Assembly: GCA_964570335.1 (NCBI GenBank)
Contig: CAZMXQ010000001.1
Coordinates: 1-38,637 of the forward strand
Source of the DNA: an uncultured Methanosarcinales archaeon
Lineage (GTDB): Archaea > Nanobdellota > Nanobdellia > Woesearchaeales > CAZJJJ01
DNA length: 38,637 nucleotides
Reading direction: 5' to 3'
This document shows, one piece after another, positions 1 to 8,472 of this stretch; the stretch's first letter is position 1, and each line of letters opens with the position of its first letter. Under the pieces are notes generated by a model that saw only the letters and a list, made by a program, of their open reading frames with translations, made no database searches and was not told the DNA's origin. Position numbers and translations under genes: made by a program.

Positions 1-2
1 CA

Positions 3-509
3 ATGAAGGAAAAGTTTAAAAGGTTCCTAAGAAGAAAGATACTCAAGATGATACATTCCAAGAAGGCTGAAGCTATCTGGTTGTCTTGGGTCCTACTACT
101 GGCATTCGTAGTTGCTCTGAGCGCGTTCATGTTCGGTTGGTCTACAGAGAGGAATGAATTATTTGCAAGTGAACTTAGAGTCATGGCGGATACAGCTGAA
201 TGCGATTCCATAGGTATAAGGGTTGATGATATATGCCAGAATCCACAATCTTTAAATATGAATGTCTCCAATAGAGATAGCATAGCAGTGAGTCAATTGG
301 CCATGAACGTCTATGATGTTTACATGGAGAATCCTCTTTCTAGGGAAGTGGATGTTTCCATAAGGCCTGCTGAATCCGAGAATGTGAGAGTATTGAAACA
401 GTCTACCACTCAAGAGGTTGAGATTGTTCCGGTGATAATAACACAGGATAATAAGATTTTTTGTTATGAAAGGGCGCTTACTATAGCTGATATAGATTAT
501 TGTGATTGA
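3..509 (+). CDS. Putative archaeal type IV prepilin-like protein (class III signal peptide)
   Basis: The internal ATG at 48 gives MIHSKKA/EAIWLSWVLLLAFVVALSAFMFGW: a short basic leader, a KKA cleavage-type motif and a roughly 20-aa hydrophobic helix. The globular part has 4 Cys with a pattern similar to 544..1044. The true start (3, 48, or upstream of the window) is unresolved. Confidence 0.5.
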   Translation: MKEKFKRFLRRKILKMIHSKKAEAIWLSWVLLLAFVVALSAFMFGWSTERNELFASELRVMADTAECDSIGIRVDDICQNPQSLNMNVSNRDSIAVSQLAMNVYDVYMENPLSREVDVSIRPAESENVRVLKQSTTQEVEIVPVIITQDNKIFCYERALTIADIDYCD

Positions 510-543
510 TGGTGTTTTGTTGATGGATCTGAATAAGTTTTTC

Positions 544-1044
544 ATGAAGAACAAGAAAGCTATTTCACCTCTTATTGCTACGGTTCTGCTCATTGCGTTC
601 GCTGTTGCACTTGGAGCGGTAGTGATGAATTGGGGAAGGTCATATGTTGAGGAGACTGCTCAGCAGTCTGCTGTTACCTCTGATACAAGAGTGGCATGCG
701 CACAGCAAGTGAATATTGAGATTGTTCAGACTCAAGGTAATCCAAGGGTCTGCTATGATGAAGATGATAGTCAAGTTGATATAACCATACAGAACCGTGG
801 AGACATAGACATAGATGGGGTTACGTTCAATGTTCTTGGAACTGAAGGTTCGGGTGTTAATCTTGAAGATGAATCTGTAATAGGGAGAAGTAATATCGAG
901 AGGTTCACTATAGATTACGACTCGTCAGAACATGGAGATATAGAGTTCGTGCAGATAATACCGAAGATACAGATATCAGGTTCTTCTGTCCCAGTAGAAT
1001 GCTCTGATTATGACTTACAATGGGAGGAAGTTCTAGCTTGCTGA
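544..1044 (+). CDS. Archaeal pilin/flagellin N-terminal-domain protein (DUF361-like prepilin)
   Basis: From the in-frame ATG at 544 the protein reads MKNKKA/ISPLIATVLLIAFAVALGAVVMNWG, the classic archaeal class III signal peptide plus conserved hydrophobic N-terminus. The C-terminal domain contains 4 Cys. Confidence 0.65.
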   Translation: MKNKKAISPLIATVLLIAFAVALGAVVMNWGRSYVEETAQQSAVTSDTRVACAQQVNIEIVQTQGNPRVCYDEDDSQVDITIQNRGDIDIDGVTFNVLGTEGSGVNLEDESVIGRSNIERFTIDYDSSEHGDIEFVQIIPKIQISGSSVPVECSDYDLQWEEVLAC

Positions 1045-1054
1045 GGTAATCCAA

Positions 1055-1390
1055 ATGGTAACTACAAAAAAGAAAGGGACAAAGAAGTATTCTAAGAAGT
1101 CAGCGTCTTTCTCGGATAACGATTCAATGGTTTTTGAGATTGAACTCGAACTCTCTAAGTTGAAAAGAGAAAAATCTGTGATTGTTCTGAATAAGGCGAT
1201 ATTCTTGTACTTTTTCTTCATCTTCTTTGCTGTTATAAGCCTGCTTACAGGTTTTGTAGCTTTCTTCAATCTTTTAGTTGTAATGGGTCTCCTCTCAGTG
1301 ATAATAGGATCCATCCCATACATAAATACAATGTATAGTGAGGAGAAGAACCTCAAAGATATGATAACAAGATTGAAGAAGATGAGCTGA
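1055..1390 (+). CDS. Small membrane protein (2 predicted TM helices), pilus-locus associated
   Basis: ATG at 1055 is preceded by GAGGTAAT. The protein has a Lys-rich N-terminus followed by a long hydrophobic stretch (IFLYFFFIFFAVISLLTGFVAFFNLLVVMGLLSVIIG). I recognise no family. Confidence 0.45.
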   Translation: MVTTKKKGTKKYSKKSASFSDNDSMVFEIELELSKLKREKSVIVLNKAIFLYFFFIFFAVISLLTGFVAFFNLLVVMGLLSVIIGSIPYINTMYSEEKNLKDMITRLKKMS

Positions 1391-1395
1391 TTCCT

Positions 1396-1830
1396 ATGAA
1401 TCGTAATTCCTTAAGATTCTTTTTCGTGCTTTTTCTGGTTATAGGTGTCACTCTGGTCCTCTTCATAGGTCACTATATGGTATCTGTTTATAGAGGTTCA
1501 ATGTCAGATGTAGACGAAGACGAGTCTGAAGCTATTGATTGCTATCAGCATGCTTTCAGGGCTAGCTTCAATGATCCTGATAATATGGAGATAGAGAACA
1601 CGCCTTTAAGTTCTCATGACATAGACATTATAACGCTAGAAGATTTGGAAACTGGTGAGACTTTCCAGGAAGAGTTTTCATTTTTTTCACCTGGAAATTC
1701 TCGTAGTTTTAACATTTCTGAATTCGAATCAGAACAATTCGCAATATATCCTGGAGATTGCCAATCTGTGCAAAGAGTCTGTTCTAGAGAGGATATGGAA
1801 TGCATTGATCCAGATGCTTATAATCGCTGA
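1396..1830 (+). CDS. N-terminally membrane-anchored Cys-containing protein, possible minor pilin
   Basis: The N-terminus MNRNS/LRFFFVLFLVIGVTLVLFIG is a short polar leader plus a hydrophobic helix. The globular part is acidic with 4 Cys and resembles the architecture of 3..509 and 544..1044. The cleavage motif is weaker. Confidence 0.4.
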   Translation: MNRNSLRFFFVLFLVIGVTLVLFIGHYMVSVYRGSMSDVDEDESEAIDCYQHAFRASFNDPDNMEIENTPLSSHDIDIITLEDLETGETFQEEFSFFSPGNSRSFNISEFESEQFAIYPGDCQSVQRVCSREDMECIDPDAYNR

Positions 1831-1889
1831 ATCCTCTTCTTGATGCCAAGCATAAGATTTATTAACCAAGAGAACGTGAATAAAATAAT

Positions 1890-2600
1890 ATGTCTCAGAA
1901 AAGATCACAGATATGGGTGTCTGCTGTTCTATACACTATGGTTGCAGCCATATCCATAGCATTCATCCTCCAGGCAGGAATACCTTTAGTGGAAGGCATG
2001 CGAGATAGGTCTGTGTTCAATAGGATGCAGAACCAGATGCTTGCACTTGATGAGGTCGTTGACCAGATAGCTTCTGAAGGCCGTGGTTCTCAGAGAAGCA
2101 TACCATTTGAAATATCACAAGGAGATCTTGTTATGGATGATGGCGGATTCAGGTGGGAGATGACAACAGGGACAAGGATTGTAGAACCACGTTCTTCGTA
2201 TAGAGTCGGAAACCTGCAGATATCTGCTAACAGTGATGTAGAAGCGTATGAATATCAGGATCACTACATTTTGGAGAATTCCAATATAAGAGTTAGGCTT
2301 CTGAAGGCGGGAACAAGTTCTGATAGGGTTATGCTTAACACTAGCGATGTCGTCGAGGAGATAACCATACTAGAGACTAATGAGACAGTAGAACCTGATT
2401 TTGAGTTCAAGATTGCAGATGATGACTCTTCAAAGGAGGGAGAAGCTTTCACGTCATTATCAAGAACTGGAAGAAGGTTGGGATCTTCTTCTCACATAAC
2501 CTCTGTAAGAACTGAAGACTATGACTATGACCTTTACATTACTCTTGATGGAGAAGCTGATTTCATACGTGCAGATATAAGAAACTTTGATACACGCTGA
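1890..2600 (+). CDS. Putative archaeal type IV prepilin-like protein
   Basis: The N-terminus MSQKRS/QIWVSAVLYTMVAAISIAFILQAG has a basic leader, a KRS/Q cleavage-type motif and a hydrophobic helix. Its IWVS segment echoes the IWLS of ORF 3..509. A T6 run follows the stop codon. Confidence 0.5.
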   Translation: MSQKRSQIWVSAVLYTMVAAISIAFILQAGIPLVEGMRDRSVFNRMQNQMLALDEVVDQIASEGRGSQRSIPFEISQGDLVMDDGGFRWEMTTGTRIVEPRSSYRVGNLQISANSDVEAYEYQDHYILENSNIRVRLLKAGTSSDRVMLNTSDVVEEITILETNETVEPDFEFKIADDDSSKEGEAFTSLSRTGRRLGSSSHITSVRTEDYDYDLYITLDGEADFIRADIRNFDTR

Positions 2601-2654
2601 TTTTTTCGTCCATTTATTCTGTTTTGTGTTGAGTGAATTCTTATTTTAACAGAA

Positions 2655-2664
2655 ATATTTAAAA
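2655..2664 (+). promoter_or_regulatory. TATA box (ATATTTAAAA) upstream of the pilus ATPase gene
   Basis: The AT-rich 10-mer matches the promoter motif that recurs in this window. GGTGA lies at 2690..2694 ahead of the ATG at 2704. Confidence 0.45.
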
Positions 2665-2703
2665 ACGAATCTCTCCATAAAGTATCTCAGGTGAGGGGAT
2701 TCC

Positions 2704-4491
2704 ATGGCCATATTCGATAATAAAGATAATGAGAATGCTTCTTCGGAACAATCTGACCAGTCAAAAGGTGCTAGGTCATTCCTTGAGGATAGTGATAAGT
2801 CTCCTGTGGCAGACGATTCTGGAGATGATGATAATGAGCTTAAGAACACTAAAGTCTATTTCAAGCTTGACTTGAGACCTAAGATAGTCCAGATACCTGA
2901 TGTTGATGACTATACTAAGGTCAATGTCAAATATGACCTAATGCCTCCGCATTGCTCTTGTCACATATACTGGGATCATAAAAGTGGTGAGTTGGTCTAT
3001 TCTGTGCAAGAGCCAGAACTTAATGATGTTGAGAAGGAAGTGTTGCGTCTGGTGACTCTGGGTCTGGAAGAGATGATAAATATAAGCTTCATAAATGCTG
3101 CTAAGAACAAGATGGTTGTACAATATCTTGAGCACAATGTCCAATCAATTCTAGGTGAACTTGGTGCTAAGGTATCAATGGATACTTACCAGAAGATAAT
3201 GTACTATATTTATAGAGATTTCATAGGGTTGAATGAGATTGAGCCACTTTTGAGGGATTATTACATTGAAGATATAGAGTGTAATGGTTCAGGGACTCCA
3301 GTTTATATAGTACATAGGAAGTTTAGGAATATACGTACTAATATAGTATTTAAGGAAATGCCTCATCTTACTGTTTTTGTAGAAAAACTTTCTCAAAAGT
3401 GTGGAAGGTATATCTCTTACGCAAAACCAATCTTAGACGGAACTCTTTCTGATGGATCAAGAGTCAATGCGACCTATAGCCAAGATGTCACTACTAGAGG
3501 ACCTACATTCACAATAAGGAAGTTCACAAAAGATCCATGGATGCCTACTAACCTTATCAATATGAATACTGCTTCAGCAGAGACTTTCGCGTTCTTCTGG
3601 TTGGCGGTAGAGTACAAGCTCAACATAATGACAATAGGAGAGACAGGTTCTGGAAAGACTACACTGCTCAATTCCATAGCATCCTTTATACCTAATGAGA
3701 CAAGGATATGCTCTATTGAGGATACTAGGGAGCTTAACCTTGCCCATGAGAACTGGTTACCTTCTGTCACTAGGGAAGGATTCGGTGTCACCAATGTTAC
3801 CGGTGAGAAGTATGGAGAGATTGGTCTCTTTGACTTGTTGAAAGAGAGTTTCAGGCAGAACCCTGATTATGTTATCGTTGGTGAGGTAAGAGATAAAGAG
3901 ACCTATGTCCTCTTCCAAGGTATGGCTTCAGGACATAGCTGCTTGAGTACCTTTCACGCATCTTCTGTAAATGCTTTGGTAAGAAGACTGGAGACCCCTC
4001 CAATAAGTCTTCCAGGCTCATTGATAGAATCTATGAATGTCGTTGCCCACATGAGTCATGTAAGAGAGCATGATAAGAGCTATAGGAGACTCCTTGATAT
4101 AAATGAGATAATAGCTGTAAAAGATAATGGCAACGTAGATCAGAACCTCGCTTTTGAGTATGAACCATCTGAGGACACAACCAAAGAAAGATCAAGACCA
4201 CACATTTTCCAGATTATAAGTAAGCTTACTGGTCTCTCGGAGGAAGAGATATATAAGGAGATGGGTGTCAGAGCTCAACTGCTCCAGAAGATGGCTGATA
4301 ATAACCTTACTGATTACAGAGAGTTTTCGCACACTATCACAGAATATTATTCCAATCCAAGAATGGTACTAGAAAGGTATGGTATCAAAGCAGAATCTAC
4401 AATGAGTGAAGCGGAAGATAGGAAAAGGACAGAAGTTCAAGAAAGGCGTCTTGAGCAGAAGAAGAAAGAACGTCTGACTAAGAGCTCATAG
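2704..4491 (+). CDS. Type II/IV secretion-family ATPase (archaeal FlaI/PilB-like pilus assembly ATPase)
   Basis: Walker A is present as IGETGSGKTT and a Walker B-like segment as PDYVIVGEVRD. The His-box region reads GHSCLSTFHA. Length and layout are typical of archaeal FlaI/GspE/VirB11-like ATPases, and the N-terminus is acidic. Confidence 0.85.
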   Translation: MAIFDNKDNENASSEQSDQSKGARSFLEDSDKSPVADDSGDDDNELKNTKVYFKLDLRPKIVQIPDVDDYTKVNVKYDLMPPHCSCHIYWDHKSGELVYSVQEPELNDVEKEVLRLVTLGLEEMINISFINAAKNKMVVQYLEHNVQSILGELGAKVSMDTYQKIMYYIYRDFIGLNEIEPLLRDYYIEDIECNGSGTPVYIVHRKFRNIRTNIVFKEMPHLTVFVEKLSQKCGRYISYAKPILDGTLSDGSRVNATYSQDVTTRGPTFTIRKFTKDPWMPTNLINMNTASAETFAFFWLAVEYKLNIMTIGETGSGKTTLLNSIASFIPNETRICSIEDTRELNLAHENWLPSVTREGFGVTNVTGEKYGEIGLFDLLKESFRQNPDYVIVGEVRDKETYVLFQGMASGHSCLSTFHASSVNALVRRLETPPISLPGSLIESMNVVAHMSHVREHDKSYRRLLDINEIIAVKDNGNVDQNLAFEYEPSEDTTKERSRPHIFQIISKLTGLSEEEIYKEMGVRAQLLQKMADNNLTDYREFSHTITEYYSNPRMVLERYGIKAESTMSEAEDRKRTEVQERRLEQKKKERLTKSS

Positions 4492-4498
4492 GTGATTA

Positions 4499-4705
4499 AT
4501 GATGGAAAAGGATGATCTGAATGAGATCTTCAATGAGGTTAATATGCTCAATTCTTCGATAGACATATACTCTGAATTCCTACAAGGTAAAGCTCGCAAT
4601 GAGGAAGAAAAAAGAAATATGGAGTTCAAGATCGAGTTAGTAAAAGAAGAAGCTCTTAAACATAATCTCAGGATAAGAAGAGCAATAGACCGGTTGGGAT
4701 ATTAG
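4499..4705 (+). CDS. Small coiled-coil protein, hypothetical
   Basis: A 68-aa Glu/Lys-rich ORF sits between the ATPase and platform genes. GGTGAT at 4491..4496 lies immediately upstream. No family recognised. Confidence 0.35.
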   Translation: MMEKDDLNEIFNEVNMLNSSIDIYSEFLQGKARNEEEKRNMEFKIELVKEEALKHNLRIRRAIDRLGY

Positions 4706-4721
4706 TTGGTGGTAATCTTTC

Positions 4722-6575
4722 ATGAAGCAGAAGTTTTTTAGAAGAAAAGATGATGGGGAAATGTCTGGGAAGGAGAAGCCTTCATCTAGTGATGTGAATA
4801 TAAATAAACAGTCTTATGATAATAGCTTTGATACTGCTCTTTTGAAATCTTATACTGAGCAGATTAGTGATATATCCAAGAAAGCATACTCTTTGTATAT
4901 GCGAAAACAGCATATAAAGAGAAATATGGACTCCCTAAAAGAGAGATTATCTAAAGATGAGATCTCTGAAAACTATTTCTATGAACAATCAAGATATTTC
5001 CTGAAGGGATACGATGAATACAAAGCATACTCGATGTATGATGAATACATATCTTATCTAGTAAGGAAGATGCGATCCCTTTCAGAGAGCATCTTCTCAT
5101 ATATAGATTCACATGAGTATGATATACCCATAGTTGAGAAGACTGATGAAGAAAAGAAGTTTGAGAAAGAATACAATAAAAAACTGAGCAAATCAGAGAA
5201 GGAAAAGGCAAAGAAGGATGAAGAGAAGGGGTGGGTCTCTTCAGCTGATGAGTTCTCAGAACAAAAAAAGAAGGTGCAAACTTCACTAATGGACAGGATG
5301 GCAAAAAGAGTCTATGCATCTCTTTTCCCTAATTCATCAAAGGGAAAAATATTTGCTAACCAATTGAAGAATACTCAGCCATCAGAATCTAGGTTTGGTG
5401 CTTTCTGGAATTGGTTCACTGGAAAGAGTCAGGAATCGGCTTTTAGCTCACTTGCTGGCAAGAAGAAGAAAAAGAAGTCTCTAATAGATAGATTTGTTTC
5501 ACAAAAAAAGGATGATGAAGAAGCCTTTGGAGATAAGACTGCCTTCTCTAAGAAATTCAAGAGTGTAAGAAGAATGCATTTTGAGGGTGAGAATGAGCTA
5601 AAGAACAAGAACATAAGAGCACAGAAGAATGCGAGAGATTTCGTCAATAAGTTAATGCAAAAGAACGAGAAGACAGATATAGAGTACAAGGCAACATCTT
5701 ATGCTGCGCTATCAAACATAATGGTGAAGGACTTTAGTCTGGAAGTCATAAACGCTTTTCCCAACTTCTTCAAGAATCTTCATAAGAACTTACGGTTGGC
5801 TAACATGAATGTTCTCTCTAATACATATACCAACATGATGATCTTCTCTTCGTTATTGGCGGGTGTGGTGGTAGCCATTATATCTGGATTCTTCTCAATT
5901 GGTGCTTTGGTTCCATTGCCCATGGTATTAGCTAATACTTTCCTGGGTGGCATATTAGGAGTTTTCTTGACATTCTTGGGTTTCAATTTCTATCCAAAAT
6001 ACAAGCTCAAAGAGAGAAATAGGGACATTGATACTAATCTTCCATTCGCTCTCGATCACATGTCTGCAGTAACCAGTGCAGGCGTCACTCCTCTTGTGAT
6101 GTTCTCACTGATATCGGAATCAAAGGATTATGGACAGGTTTCAGTAGAACTTAGCAAGATTGTGGAGTATGTCCACCTTTTCGGTTATGATCTCACTACA
6201 GCGGTGGATAAAGTAGCTGTGACCTCTCCTTCAAAACAGCTAAGGGAATTCCTGGAAGGTTTCATATCTTCTGTAGAATCGGGTGGAGAGTTGAAAGATT
6301 TCCTGAGAGAGTCTGCTGACCAAGCAATGCTTCATTACAAGCTTGAGAGACAGAAATACACAGAGTCCATATCTACATTCTCTGACATATATACTGGGCT
6401 TATGGTTGCCTCACCGCTATTCTTTGTGGCTGCACTCTCTATGGTAAGCATATTGGGAGGAACTATAGGGGGAATGGCTGTCAACACTCTCATGGTATTG
6501 GGGACATACTTGGTAATACCATCTTTGAACATAATATTCATAATATTCATGGAGATCACACAACCCAACATATGA
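4722..6575 (+). CDS. Pilus membrane platform protein, half 1 (single T2SSF/FlaJ-TadC-like domain) with long Lys-rich N-terminal extension
   Basis: The C-terminal ~270 aa contain TM helices and a T2SSF-like cytoplasmic domain (NLPFALDHMSAVTSAGVTPLVMF...GYDLTTAVDKVAVTSPSKQLREFLEGFISSVESGGELKDFL). The N-terminal ~340 aa are low-complexity Lys/Glu/Ser-rich and include KKKKKK. Confidence 0.7.
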   Translation: MKQKFFRRKDDGEMSGKEKPSSSDVNINKQSYDNSFDTALLKSYTEQISDISKKAYSLYMRKQHIKRNMDSLKERLSKDEISENYFYEQSRYFLKGYDEYKAYSMYDEYISYLVRKMRSLSESIFSYIDSHEYDIPIVEKTDEEKKFEKEYNKKLSKSEKEKAKKDEEKGWVSSADEFSEQKKKVQTSLMDRMAKRVYASLFPNSSKGKIFANQLKNTQPSESRFGAFWNWFTGKSQESAFSSLAGKKKKKKSLIDRFVSQKKDDEEAFGDKTAFSKKFKSVRRMHFEGENELKNKNIRAQKNARDFVNKLMQKNEKTDIEYKATSYAALSNIMVKDFSLEVINAFPNFFKNLHKNLRLANMNVLSNTYTNMMIFSSLLAGVVVAIISGFFSIGALVPLPMVLANTFLGGILGVFLTFLGFNFYPKYKLKERNRDIDTNLPFALDHMSAVTSAGVTPLVMFSLISESKDYGQVSVELSKIVEYVHLFGYDLTTAVDKVAVTSPSKQLREFLEGFISSVESGGELKDFLRESADQAMLHYKLERQKYTESISTFSDIYTGLMVASPLFFVAALSMVSILGGTIGGMAVNTLMVLGTYLVIPSLNIIFIIFMEITQPNI

Positions 6576-6587
6576 TGATTGGTAAAA

Positions 6588-7514
6588 ATGGCGTATAGAC
6601 CTGAATTCAAAGGAAAGCACTTGGCATCGATTATAATAGGTTTATTGCTGATCATCACCACTGTAGTATTCCTCCAGGGAAGTTTTTTCTTCTTAGCATT
6701 TGTCATGCTGGCATTCGCTATCATATTCTTCCCTTTCATAACTGATTATTTTGCTTATAATCTAAAGCAGAAAGAGATAGAAGAGCGTTTCCCTGATTTT
6801 GTAAGGAATCTTGTCAGTGCAGTAAAGTCAGGGATGCCTATAAATAAAGCGATAATATACGTCTCGAAGACGGATTATGGTCCTCTCAATTATTATGTAA
6901 GGAAAATGGCTAACCAGTCTGAATGGAATATTCCTGTACGTAAGGTTCTTGTGAATTTCTCAGAAGAGGTCGGGAACCCGATAATAAAGAGGGCTATTGC
7001 GACAGTGCTACAGGCAGAGAAGTCTGGAGGAAATATAGAAGATGTATTAAGCTCTATCACAGATTCTTTGATTACAATAAAGAAGCTTAAGCAGGAGAGA
7101 AAAGCGAGCATCCAAGGGCAAGTTACGCAGAGTTATGTGATTTTCTTTATATTCATCGGTGTTCTGATAACTATACAGAATGTCCTGATACCATACTTAT
7201 CTGAGATGGAATCACCTGATGCTACGGGAGGACTTATGGGGGGTGATGATGACGCTCTTGCTGACTTGAGGACTGCGCATGATTTTGATTTCTCTACTCC
7301 GCAGACTGCAGTGTCTTCTATAATAGGATGGTTTGGAAGTTTATCAGGTGTTTTCATGATGCTTGCTCTCTTCCAATCGTTCTTTGCAGGGATTGTCTTG
7401 GGAAAGATGTCTGATGGTGATTATAAGTCTGGCTTGAAACATTCTTTCACAATGATGTTTATCTCTATCTTCTTCTTGACGATAGCTAATTCTATACTCT
7501 CTGCTGCATTGTAG
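6588..7514 (+). CDS. Pilus membrane platform protein, half 2 (single T2SSF/FlaJ-TadC-like domain)
   Basis: The protein has TM helices plus a second T2SSF-like domain (FPDFVRNLVSAVKSGMPINKAI...IIKRAIATVLQAEKSGGNIEDVL). It is in the same reading frame as 4722..6575 and separated from it only by TGATGA. The first ATG is at 6588, and a TTG at 6579 is also possible. Confidence 0.65.
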   Translation: MAYRPEFKGKHLASIIIGLLLIITTVVFLQGSFFFLAFVMLAFAIIFFPFITDYFAYNLKQKEIEERFPDFVRNLVSAVKSGMPINKAIIYVSKTDYGPLNYYVRKMANQSEWNIPVRKVLVNFSEEVGNPIIKRAIATVLQAEKSGGNIEDVLSSITDSLITIKKLKQERKASIQGQVTQSYVIFFIFIGVLITIQNVLIPYLSEMESPDATGGLMGGDDDALADLRTAHDFDFSTPQTAVSSIIGWFGSLSGVFMMLALFQSFFAGIVLGKMSDGDYKSGLKHSFTMMFISIFFLTIANSILSAAL

Positions 7515-7536
7515 TAGGAGCCATGCTATCTCGGCA

Positions 7537-7546
7537 ATTTTAAATA
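7537..7546 (+). promoter_or_regulatory. TATA box (ATTTTAAATA), leaderless-type promoter for 7569 gene
   Basis: The TATA-like 10-mer lies about 25-30 nt upstream of the ATG at 7569, and there is no SD in between. Confidence 0.45.
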
Positions 7547-7568
7547 GTAATTAGAGAGTACAATACAT

Positions 7569-8384
7569 ATGGAGATAGAGTTGCACATAAATAAGAGCGT
7601 TGATGAGAATGCTTCTCTTTACTACGAGAAGGCAAAGAAATCAAAGAAGAAGCTGGAAGGTATTAATAAGGCCATAGGATCTGCCGAGAAGAAGCTCGAG
7701 GATGAGACTCTCAGGATTGCAGAGAAAGAGAAGATAGAGGAAGAGAAAACAAAACCACCAAGAAAAAAGGAATGGTATGAGAAATTCCATTGGTTCTTCA
7801 CCTCAAGAGGAAAGCTCGTCATTGGGGGAAGGGATGCGACAACAAACGAAGCGATAGTAAAGAAGTATACAGATAAGGGTGACCTTGTCTTCCATACTGA
7901 CATGGCAGGGAGTCCTTTTGTTGTAATAAAAGCAGACGGTGCTGATGTGGAGAATATCGAGAAAGAGGAGGCTGCAGAATTTCTGGCTTGTTATAGCAAA
8001 GCATGGAAGGCAGGAATAAGCTCAGTAGAGGTTTTCTATGTCAATCCCGATCAGGTGACAAAGGAGGCGCAATCAGGGGAGTATCTGCCCAAAGGTTCTT
8101 TCATGATACGAGGAAAGACAAAGTACATTGGTGCAACATTGAGGTTAGCGGTAACTGTGCATGATGATATTGTATATGCAGGACCCATAAGTGCAATAAG
8201 GACTCTGATAGAGTCGAAGATCCCTGACCTTACTAGAGAGGATGTAGATAAAAAGTACGTCAGGATAGTGCAGGGAAGAGAAAAGTCTTCACAAGTTGCG
8301 AAACAGATAAAAAAGTATTTCGGAGGAGATCTCGATGATATAATAAGGGTGCTTCCTCCCGGTGGTTGTCGGATTGGAAAATGA
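7569..8384 (+). CDS. NFACT-R (DUF814) RNA-binding domain protein, truncated RqcH/NEMF-like
   Basis: A coiled-coil N-terminus is followed by WYEKFHWFFTSRGKLVIGGRDATTNEAIVKKYTDKGDLVFHTDMAGSPFVVIK, which is characteristic of the NFACT-R/DUF814 domain. No NFACT-N domain is present. Confidence 0.7.
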   Translation: MEIELHINKSVDENASLYYEKAKKSKKKLEGINKAIGSAEKKLEDETLRIAEKEKIEEEKTKPPRKKEWYEKFHWFFTSRGKLVIGGRDATTNEAIVKKYTDKGDLVFHTDMAGSPFVVIKADGADVENIEKEEAAEFLACYSKAWKAGISSVEVFYVNPDQVTKEAQSGEYLPKGSFMIRGKTKYIGATLRLAVTVHDDIVYAGPISAIRTLIESKIPDLTREDVDKKYVRIVQGREKSSQVAKQIKKYFGGDLDDIIRVLPPGGCRIGK

Positions 8385-8472
8385 TTTCTGTTTTTCTGGA
8401 TGATCATGTCACAGGACACTTCATCACAAGTTTTTTAAAGAGCCTTTTTTATCTTGCTTCTGGGTGATTTGG

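Noticed and set aside
6573-6578. TGA readthrough or recoding (Sec, or a UGA sense codon) joining the two platform ORFs into one protein
   Set aside because: There are two consecutive TGAs. TGA is also the ordinary stop of many conserved genes here, ending at expected C-termini (nrdA, nrdB, trxB, infB). No SECIS-like hairpin is evident downstream.
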